This document shows, piece after piece, positions 30,673-38,409 of a DNA stretch of 64,000 bases. Source of the DNA: Candidatus Bathyarchaeota archaeon (GTDB lineage Archaea > Thermoproteota > Bathyarchaeia > Bathyarchaeales > Bathycorpusculaceae). The notes below the pieces were generated by a model, which worked only from the letters and a program-made list of their open reading frames with translations, ran no database searches and was not told the DNA's origin. Position numbers and translations under genes: made by a program. Numbering within the stretch: the first letter of the stretch is position 1; each line of letters starts with the position of its first letter. The stretch lies in NCBI GenBank assembly GCA_963767735.1, contig CAVYES010000007.1, positions 224,001 to 288,000 on the forward strand, in the 5' to 3' direction.

Positions 30673-32403
30673 TTAAGCCCCTCCTAGCGCAGACGTTGCT
30701 TCAGCGATAATTTGAGCGTCGCTGAAGTGCCGCATGTTAATGGCTTTTTCAGGGCAACTTGCGGAACACACTCCACAGCCCTTGCATAAAACATCGTTTA
30801 CCCTTGCAACTCCATGTTCATCCTTTCTTATGGCGCTGTACGTGCACAGCTTGACGCATGTGCCACATCCGGTGCATCTGGTCTCGTCAACACGAGCCGT
30901 TATTGCTTCGGTTCTAACTTTTCCTAGTGCTATAGGGATGCCTGCCCTCGATGCAGCAGCGTAGGCTTGAATGATGCTTTCGGGGACCGTTTTGGGTCCA
31001 TGCGCGGTTCCACATAAGAAAATGCCATCTGTCGCGAAATCGACGGGTCTGAGTTTAACGTGTGCTTCCAAGAAGAAGCCCTCTGCCCCTAACGGAACCT
31101 TCAGGAGCTTTGAAAGTTCGGTCGCGTCTTCCGATTTAACGAGTGGGGTGGATAACACTATGAGGTCGGGATCGAGCTCAAGTGCGTAGTTGCCCAAGAT
31201 GTCATGCACCTTAACTGAGAGTTTGCCGTTTGCGCCTGAACTCACCTTAGGTGGATTATCATCGTCGTATCTTATGAATTGCACGAAGTTATGTCTAGCC
31301 TTCTCATATTGCTCTTCGAAGTCCTTGCCGTACGCTTGCATGTCTCTGTAAAGTATTGAAACTTCGGAGTCTGGAAGCATTTCCTTGATTATCATGGCGT
31401 TTTTAAGTGCCATGGTGCAACATATTCGGGAGCAGTAGTTTCGTCCGCCCACTTTTCCTTCTCTCGCACCGACGCATTGAATCATAAGTATGTTCTTTGG
31501 CTTCCCAAGTTTTTCTTCTTTCATGAGTTTTTCAAGCTCAAGTTGGGTTATGACGTTCTTGTTTTCGCCATAGCAGTACATTCCGATGGGCTTAAAAACG
31601 TCGGCTCCTGTGGCAACCACTATCGTGCCAGCCTTGAGTTTTTCTTCGGTCCCCCAAAACGAGCCCTTCCAGAGGGGGGAGGGATTGATGTTGAGGGTTA
31701 CTTCGAAGTTTCCGATGAAACCATCAACACGCTTCACAGTAGAGGACGTATAGATTTTGATGTTTGGGTTTGAGCGCGCGGACTGGATGTATTCGCCAAG
31801 AACTTCTGAACTCAGCTTATCGCTGGGATACAGCCTGTATAGTTCGCATAGTTTCCCGCCGAGCTCTTGGTTTTTCTCTACTAAGTTCACATTAAAGCCT
31901 TGGTTGGCAAGGCTAATCGCCACCGTCATTCCTGAAACTCCGCCACCGATGACGAGTGCTGAAGGTTGAACCTCAATCTCAGGTTCCGTCTGAGGTTCGA
32001 GTAGTGCAGCCTTGGCGATAGCCATCTTGACCGTCTCTTTGGCTTTCTCCGTGGCCTTTTCGGGCTCTTTGGAATGCACCCAGCTGCATTGTTCACGAAT
32101 GTTTGCCATGTGAAACAGGTACTTATTCAGGTTGGCTTCTTCGCATGCAGCCCTAAAAAGTGGCTCGTGTGTTCTGGGAGTGCATGAAGCCACTACTAAT
32201 CTGTCAAGGTCATATTTCTTGATGGCCTTTTTAATCTTATACAGTCCTTCAGATGAGCATGTGTAAAGATTGCCTTCTGCATAGGCAACATTAGGCAGGG
32301 CTCTTGCGTACTCTACCACTGCGGGCACGTTTACGACGCCGCCTATGTTGACACCACAATGGCACACGAATACACCGATTCGCGGCTTAAGTTTGTCGCT
32401 CAA
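30673..32403 (-). CDS. hdrA: HdrA-like flavoprotein (N-terminal cluster domain + FAD + C-terminal ferredoxin)
   Basis: [68 protein letters not shown]. Confidence 0.9.
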   Translation of the reverse strand: MSDKLKPRIGVFVCHCGVNIGGVVNVPAVVEYARALPNVAYAEGNLYTCSSEGLYKIKKAIKKYDLDRLVVASCTPRTHEPLFRAACEEANLNKYLFHMANIREQCSWVHSKEPEKATEKAKETVKMAIAKAALLEPQTEPEIEVQPSALVIGGGVSGMTVAISLANQGFNVNLVEKNQELGGKLCELYRLYPSDKLSSEVLGEYIQSARSNPNIKIYTSSTVKRVDGFIGNFEVTLNINPSPLWKGSFWGTEEKLKAGTIVVATGADVFKPIGMYCYGENKNVITQLELEKLMKEEKLGKPKNILMIQCVGAREGKVGGRNYCSRICCTMALKNAMIIKEMLPDSEVSILYRDMQAYGKDFEEQYEKARHNFVQFIRYDDDNPPKVSSGANGKLSVKVHDILGNYALELDPDLIVLSTPLVKSEDATELSKLLKVPLGAEGFFLEAHVKLRPVDFATDGIFLCGTAHGPKTVPESIIQAYAAASRAGIPIALGKVRTEAITARVDETRCTGCGTCVKLCTYSAIRKDEHGVARVNDVLCKGCGVCSASCPEKAINMRHFSDAQIIAEATSALGGA

Positions 32404-33716
32404 TGTTTCAGCCCCTTTGACTTCAACGCGATGGTCTCTGCCGCTCTGGCAGCCGCTCCGCTGGCTTGGGCCACGCTCTCAGGTATGTCTTTGGGACTTT
32501 GGCAGTATCCGCAAATGTAAATCCCCGCGGAAGTTGTGTCCATGGGTGCCGTGAGCAGGTCCTTGGCTTTGAAGAAATTAGCCTCGTCAAGTTCTATTCC
32601 CATTTCTTCAGCGAGCCTCTTGTTTTCTGTCTTCGGGATCAAAGCGGGGCATAGCACAACTATGTCGGCATCAAGTGTTTTCATTTCGCAATTCTTTGTG
32701 TCTTCATAGTGGATCTGCAAATTCTTTGTAGCCTGTTCTTCAACTATGCTGCCTGGATGCGCTTTGATGTATTTCACACCGTATTCATCTCTTGCTCTGT
32801 CGACAAATTCCATGAAGCCTTTCCCCACCGCTCTCATGTCAATGTACATGATGTAAGGTTGAGTTTGCGGAGAGTGCTCTTTCACTAGAATTGACTCTTT
32901 AGAGGCATAAACGCAGCATACTGTAGAACAGAAAGGGAACCTGCCATGCAGGTTTCGTGAACCCACACACTGAACGAAAACGACGCTTCTAGGTTCTTTT
33001 CCGTCTGATGGACGGACAAGATGCCCTCCAGTTGGACCAGATGCGCATATTAATCTTTCGAACTCCATGGAAGTAAGCACATTTTGGAATCTGCCATAGC
33101 CGTACTCGCTGATAGCCGAGGGATCAAAAATGTCAAAGCCTGTGGCCAAGATTATTGAAGCTACATTCAAGTTTATTTCTTCAGGTTGTTGATTGTAGTC
33201 AATGGCATTCGACGGACAGACCTTCTGGCAGACACCGCAAATTTTTCGCGAAAAGTAAAGACAATGTTCTGCATCAATTGTGGCAACAAGAGGAACCGCT
33301 TGCTTAAACGGCATGTAAATAGCTTTCCTCTTTCCCAATCCCATGTCAAACTCGTTTGGAACCTTAACTGGGCACTTCTCCATGCAAGTGCCGCATCCTG
33401 TGCATTTGGAGAATTCTACGTAGCGGGGCTTTCGAAGGATTTTCACAATGAAATTTCCTTCTTCACCTTCAACATGATGGACTTCTGAGTATGTAAGTAG
33501 GCTGATGTTTGAGTGTCTGAGACACTCTATCATCTTTGGAGCAAGTATGCAAATGGAACAGTCCAAAGTTGGAAAGGTTTTGTCAAGCTGGGCCATACGT
33601 CCGCCAATGCTGGGAGTCTTTTCAATAAGATAGACTTTCGTGCCTCGATTGGCCAGGTCCAATGAGGCCTGAATGCCCGCGATTCCGCCTCCGACAACCA
33701 GAACCGACTTGGATAT
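32400..33716 (-). CDS. hdrA: HdrA-like flavoprotein (FAD + ferredoxin insert), apparent ATA start
   Basis: [42 protein letters not shown]. The frame extends upstream of the track TTG (33662) through SKSVLVVGGGIAGIQAS to ATA at 33716, preceded by an in-frame TAA and an AAGGGGG RBS-like run. Confidence 0.87.
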   Translation of the reverse strand: MSKSVLVVGGGIAGIQASLDLANRGTKVYLIEKTPSIGGRMAQLDKTFPTLDCSICILAPKMIECLRHSNISLLTYSEVHHVEGEEGNFIVKILRKPRYVEFSKCTGCGTCMEKCPVKVPNEFDMGLGKRKAIYMPFKQAVPLVATIDAEHCLYFSRKICGVCQKVCPSNAIDYNQQPEEINLNVASIILATGFDIFDPSAISEYGYGRFQNVLTSMEFERLICASGPTGGHLVRPSDGKEPRSVVFVQCVGSRNLHGRFPFCSTVCCVYASKESILVKEHSPQTQPYIMYIDMRAVGKGFMEFVDRARDEYGVKYIKAHPGSIVEEQATKNLQIHYEDTKNCEMKTLDADIVVLCPALIPKTENKRLAEEMGIELDEANFFKAKDLLTAPMDTTSAGIYICGYCQSPKDIPESVAQASGAAARAAETIALKSKGLKH

Positions 33717-33902
33717 GAGTTAGACCCCCTTATCTGTACTGGTGAACGAGTGTATTGTGTTTAAGGCTAAATATCTTGTGGTTACTATTTGTTTTTTCGA
33801 AGGTTATTGTGCCATCGACTAATTCCAAAGTCTCTTCCCACGTATGAAAATGGTGTACGAAAAATTAATAAATCCAGCATATGACGTATAAGTGGTGTTC
33901 AG

Positions 33903-34142
33903 ATGCCAGTGGCATATGTGCTGGCGAAAATTGAAGTCGGCCAAGAGAAGCAGGCGCTTGAAACAATAAGAAAACTAGATGGAGTCACGTCGATTACTTT
34001 TACCTATGGCATCTACGACCTACACGTCGAAATCAAGTTTGACACAATGGAAGAACTTGACGAATTCGTTTTCGAAAAAATACGTAAAGTCACGGGAATT
34101 AAAGAAACGGTGACCTTAGTGGTCCCATACAGGAGGGTATAA
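33903..34142 (+). CDS. Stand-alone Lrp/AsnC ligand-binding (RAM) domain protein
   Basis: AYVL..E.G, TYGIYDL..I...MEEL, IRKV.GI.ETVTL; no HTH. Confidence 0.85.
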   Translation: MPVAYVLAKIEVGQEKQALETIRKLDGVTSITFTYGIYDLHVEIKFDTMEELDEFVFEKIRKVTGIKETVTLVVPYRRV

Positions 34143-34143
34143 A

Positions 34144-34464
34144 ATGTCTATAATGAGTTGTCGAGAAATACACTTCAACCAATGTACCAGACCAGATCAA
34201 GTCGACGATTTAATCGACAACGTCAAACAAATAATTGAAGAGATGAAACTCCCCTCAACCTGCAACGTGAAGGTTTTTAAAAACGTATTTTCCTGCTGCG
34301 GGACAGGGGACCTTGAATTAATCTTGGAAGTCGTCGGACCAGACGAGGAAACACTGAAAGCTATTGACTTGAGAGCCACCTCCAGAGTCCTCGAATTCTG
34401 CGAGAAACAAGGCTACGGCATGGGCTATCACTCCCTCGGAAAATTAGAATTAATAGAAAAATAG
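34144..34464 (+). CDS. Small Cys-containing hypothetical protein
   Basis: Starts 1 nt after the RAM gene; 106 aa with six Cys including SCCG. Confidence 0.7.
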   Translation: MSIMSCREIHFNQCTRPDQVDDLIDNVKQIIEEMKLPSTCNVKVFKNVFSCCGTGDLELILEVVGPDEETLKAIDLRATSRVLEFCEKQGYGMGYHSLGKLELIEK

Positions 34465-34511
34465 CACATACCAAGAAGCTCTGCTACTGAGTGTCGTCTT
34501 CATGATAAATT

Positions 34512-37193
34512 TTACGATACATCAAGGGACACTATCAAGGTATCATCGTCGACTTTTTCGGCCTTGAATCCTATCCCATTACAAAGGTTCTGCATTTTGT
34601 AGTTATTAGCCATGACGTAACCGTATATTTTCTTCAGATGCTTATCCTTCGCCATTTTAATTAGGGAATCCATGAGCTTGAGGCCTAACCCAAATCCTTG
34701 CCATTGGTCACCGACTAAAACAGCGAACTCACCACTTTTTCCATCGGGGTCCATGATTAATCTTACAACACCAATTATTCGCCTGTTATCTTGAAGCTCC
34801 GCCACCAGGGCAATTTCTCTATCATAATCCAAATTACAGTATCTGGTCAATGTTTCATGAGAAAACTCTTTTATAATTTCAAAGAACCTGAAACGCATTG
34901 TTTCAGCTGAAAGTGATTTGAAAAGCTCGTTGAATCGGCCTTCATCTTCAGGTTTTATAGGCCGAAGCTGCACAATGGTTTCATTTTTCGCTTTCCAATT
35001 AGAGACATACTTGCTTGGATAAGGAGCGATAACAAGATGCTCATGAAAACCGATTTCTTGCTTTATACGTTTAGTGTCTAGGATAATACGTGCATCAACT
35101 GCAACGGCGCTATTTTTGTCCACAATCAAAGGGTTTACGTCAATCTCTTTGATCTCAGGAAAATCAATTACAAGTTGAGAAAACTTCACCAATATTTCCT
35201 CGATAACCTTGACATTCAAGGGAAGCTCCAATAAAGCTGCGTTCTTGTAGATAACTGTGTCCTCTATTAGCCTTCTTGCAAGCACCTGATTTAAAGGCGG
35301 GAAACCTATGCTTACATCCCTGTATAATTCGGCGTCCGTTCCACCCTTGCCAAAAATTATCACTGAACCGAACTGAGGGTCTTTTTTAGAGCCGACAAGC
35401 AATTCGTAGCCTTTATTGCGGACCATCGGCTGGATAGCTACGCCTTGAAACTCAATATTGCTGCCAAGGTTTTGTATTTTTTTAGCTAGTTCAACAAAGT
35501 TTGCTTGAACTTCCAACTTGGAGCATACGTTTAAGACCACCCCCTCTATTTTGGATTTATGTGAAGCCTGAGGGGACAAAACCTTCATAACCACTGGGAA
35601 CCCGATTTTGGAAGCTAAAACTTCAGCTTCACTAGGAGTATTAGCAACTATGGTCTTAACAGTCGGGATTTTATAAGCCTCTAAAAACCGAAGAGACTCA
35701 GATAAACCAAGAACTTGCTGCCCGTGACAGTAAGCTTGCTTTAAAATAGATTTAAGAACTGCTGAATTTGTTGGCTCCATATAAAGTTCTTCAGGGGTTT
35801 GGTAAAGAAGCTCCAAACCTTGGGTATAACGATACATGTACATAAATGTTGAAACAGCCTGTTCAGGCGCTGGAAAAGTTGGAATACCGTGACTTCGTAG
35901 AAACCTTCGAGCTTTTCGGCATCTTGAATCTTCACCCATTAAACAGGTAAGTATGGGTTTTTGTGTTTGCTTCGATAATTCTGTCACTGTTTTTGCTATA
36001 TCGAAAGGGTCGGCTGCTGTTTGAGGCGCATAGATCAGTAAAAAACCATTGCTATTTTGATCTTTCAGACAAGGTACCAGCACATCTTTGAACCTTGCCG
36101 GCGTAGCTTCCTCGAAAATGTCGATGGGGTTTGCAGTGCTACAATAAGGGGGCAGAACATGCTTTAAGGCTTGAATAGTTTCATTACTTAGCGGCGATAG
36201 TTTTCCACCTTTAGCGATAAGTTGGTCAGTAGCCATTATACCTGGCCCCCCAGCATTGGTAATAATTGCCAAGTTGGGTCCCGTAGGATTTGGCTGCATC
36301 GCCAATGCTTCTGCACAGTTAAATAAATCAATCATAGTTTCTACCCTGACTACTCCAGCACGCCTAAACGCCGAGTCATAAACAGCATCTTCTCCACCCA
36401 AAAATCCGCTATGAGAAAGAATCGGGATAACACTTTCCTGAAAACGACCAGCTTTGACAACTACTATAGGCTTAGTTCTGGCAAAGCCTCGTGCTGCGCT
36501 CATGAATTTCCTTGCGTTTTTCATCGACTCAATATACAAAACGATGCTTTTAGTTTGGGCATCGGCTCCAAAGTAATCTATTAAATCGCCAAAGTCCACA
36601 TCGAGCATTGAGCCTGTGGATACCACAGCGCTGAATCCAACTTGAGCTTCTGATGCCCAATCAAGTACGGAAGCACATAAAGCGGCACTTTGCGAGATAA
36701 AGGCGATTTTTCCAGAACTTGCTCTTTCATCTGCAAATGTAGCGGAAAGATTGACTTTCGGTCTGATAACACCGAAACTGTTGGGACCTATAATCCTCAT
36801 ACCATATTTCTTTTGGTATTCAAGGATTCGTTTTTCAATAAGAACACCTTCTTCACCGACTTCTATGAAACCTGCAGAACATATTATAATTCCAGAAACA
36901 CCAGCCGCACCGCATTCTTCAACGATCTGCGGCACGGTATGTGCTGGTGTGGCAATTATGGCTAGATCAATAGTCCGAGGGATTTTACTGATAGTTGGAT
37001 AAGCAGTTATTCCCTGCACCGTCTCTCTGAACGCGTTTACAGGGAAAACTGCACCTTTGTAACCTACTCCAATTAGATTCCTCAAAATTTTGGCGCCTAT
37101 GGAGCCTTCTCTTTCACTGGCGCCGATAACTGCTATCCTTTTAGGATTGAATATATTGTTAAGTTTTTCGATGCCCAACTTTAACCCCGCCAA
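34512..37193 (-). CDS. Pat-type bifunctional ADP-forming acyl-CoA-ligase-like protein / GNAT acetyltransferase (intact)
   Basis: AVIGAS, GPNSFG, SQSAAL, SHSG, TNAGGPG, NPIDI, ATP-grasp GFPVVMK..HKS, DPQFG, EIDVNPL, GNAT RPIKPED...DYDREIA...WQGFGLG. Confidence 0.92.
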   Translation of the reverse strand: MAGLKLGIEKLNNIFNPKRIAVIGASEREGSIGAKILRNLIGVGYKGAVFPVNAFRETVQGITAYPTISKIPRTIDLAIIATPAHTVPQIVEECGAAGVSGIIICSAGFIEVGEEGVLIEKRILEYQKKYGMRIIGPNSFGVIRPKVNLSATFADERASSGKIAFISQSAALCASVLDWASEAQVGFSAVVSTGSMLDVDFGDLIDYFGADAQTKSIVLYIESMKNARKFMSAARGFARTKPIVVVKAGRFQESVIPILSHSGFLGGEDAVYDSAFRRAGVVRVETMIDLFNCAEALAMQPNPTGPNLAIITNAGGPGIMATDQLIAKGGKLSPLSNETIQALKHVLPPYCSTANPIDIFEEATPARFKDVLVPCLKDQNSNGFLLIYAPQTAADPFDIAKTVTELSKQTQKPILTCLMGEDSRCRKARRFLRSHGIPTFPAPEQAVSTFMYMYRYTQGLELLYQTPEELYMEPTNSAVLKSILKQAYCHGQQVLGLSESLRFLEAYKIPTVKTIVANTPSEAEVLASKIGFPVVMKVLSPQASHKSKIEGVVLNVCSKLEVQANFVELAKKIQNLGSNIEFQGVAIQPMVRNKGYELLVGSKKDPQFGSVIIFGKGGTDAELYRDVSIGFPPLNQVLARRLIEDTVIYKNAALLELPLNVKVIEEILVKFSQLVIDFPEIKEIDVNPLIVDKNSAVAVDARIILDTKRIKQEIGFHEHLVIAPYPSKYVSNWKAKNETIVQLRPIKPEDEGRFNELFKSLSAETMRFRFFEIIKEFSHETLTRYCNLDYDREIALVAELQDNRRIIGVVRLIMDPDGKSGEFAVLVGDQWQGFGLGLKLMDSLIKMAKDKHLKKIYGYVMANNYKMQNLCNGIGFKAEKVDDDTLIVSLDVS

Positions 37194-37417
37194 TAAAGAA
37201 AGAAGCTGACCACTTATGTATAGGCAATAAGTCGTTTTAAAACTTGTTAGTTCCTACCGAAATTTACAGGCCATTTAAGGATCATTCGTTGAAATATGAC
37301 TGAGAAAAGCTACCAGCTATAAGAAGTAAAAATGTCTTATGGGGGAAGAGTAGAGAACTTTTATCTAACACATAAAAGATGTGTATCTATGCCTTTGAAA
37401 AGAGCGAGGGAACAAAA

Positions 37418-37800
37418 ATGGTAGAGGCCAAATACTGGAATAAAAAAATCGAAACCATACCTGCTGAAGAACTAAAAAGGTATCAACTTGAAAAATTAAG
37501 GGAACAGGTAAAACGATGCTACGAGAACAGCGCTTTTTATAAAAAAAACTTGACCGCATCGGGTTGAAACCTGAAAGCATACGCTCACCAGACGACCTTC
37601 AGAAAATTCCTTTCACAGTGAAGAACGATTTACGCGATACCTACCCGTTCGGCATGGTTGCTGCTAAATCTGACGAATAGTGGAGATTCATGCTTCAAGC
37701 GGTACGACTGGAAACCCGATAATTGGCGCTTACACAAAGAATGACATAGATGTTTGGCAAGAATTAATGGCGAGATCCATCTACACTGCAGGCGGAAGAG
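37418..37800 (+). pseudogene. paaK: Phenylacetate-CoA ligase (PaaK family) 5' fragment with two frameshifts
   Basis: MVEAKYWNKKIET...QLEKLR...YENSAFY / ..PFTVKNDLRDTYPFG / ..[21 protein letters not shown]; two 1-nt deletions in A runs (near 37545 and 37678); truncated at about codon 128. Confidence 0.88.
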
Positions 37801-37801
37801 G

Positions 37802-37834
37802 CCAACAGACAATGTAGATGAAGAGTACATTGAA
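37802..37834 (+). repeat. 33-bp inverted repeat of mgtA coding sequence (partner 38884-38916)
   Basis: CCAACAGACAATGTAGATGAAGAGTACATTGAA versus the reverse complement of 38884-38916, CCAACGGACAATGTAGATGAAGAGTACATTGAA; 32/33 identical; encodes [11 protein letters not shown]. Confidence 0.9.
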
Positions 37835-37905
37835 CAGTTAAAATAAAACCGTTTTTATGCCAAACTATTTAATTACCTTTGTATTTAATAAAATTAGGTG
37901 TTTGA

Positions 37906-38139
37906 ATGCCACGAGCGTATGTATTGTTTAATGTTGAATCAGGCTCAGAAGACGCCGTTCTAAAACAGCTTAGGAACTTAAGTAACGTCGAAGAAGCTTA
38001 CGTTTCCTATGGTGTATATGATCTGGTCATACGAATCAAAGCAGACACTATGGAAGAGTTGAAGGATTCAGTGACACACAAAATTCGCACAATCAAGCAA
38101 GTTCGGTCAACTTTAACTTTGATATTGATGGAAGAATAA
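37906..38139 (+). CDS. Stand-alone Lrp/AsnC ligand-binding (RAM) domain protein
   Basis: AYVLFNVESG, SYGVYDLVIRI...MEELK, IR.I..VRSTLTLI; GGTG RBS. Confidence 0.87.
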   Translation: MPRAYVLFNVESGSEDAVLKQLRNLSNVEEAYVSYGVYDLVIRIKADTMEELKDSVTHKIRTIKQVRSTLTLILMEE

Positions 38140-38153
38140 ACGCCTCAAACATA

Positions 38154-38180
38154 ATTTTTTATTTTTTTCTTTTATTCTTA
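38154..38180 (+). terminator. Oligo-T archaeal terminator candidate
   Basis: TTTTTT-A-TTTTTTT-C-TTT run just after the RAM gene stop. Confidence 0.45.
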
Positions 38181-38409
38181 ATTATTGGAATTTTATCTAA
38201 TTTTAATATCTGAAAGGATGCAATTTACGTATTTTTCGAGGCTACCTAAAAAGAATAAAACCTAACCCATCTAAGGGATTTGACCCTAAACATTGGACTA
38301 TAATCGAAAAATAAAAAGCCTAAAACTATTGAAGTTTTTAATCAAGGCGTTGACATAAATCGGCAAAATAAGAGACAATCATGTTCAGTCTTCAGCGGAA
38401 CAATGCAAG

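Noticed and set aside
25044-33716. Hdr/Mvh cluster as evidence of methanogenesis
   Set aside because: No mcr, mtr or methyltransferase genes in the window; HdrABC-Mvh is widespread in non-methanogenic anaerobes.
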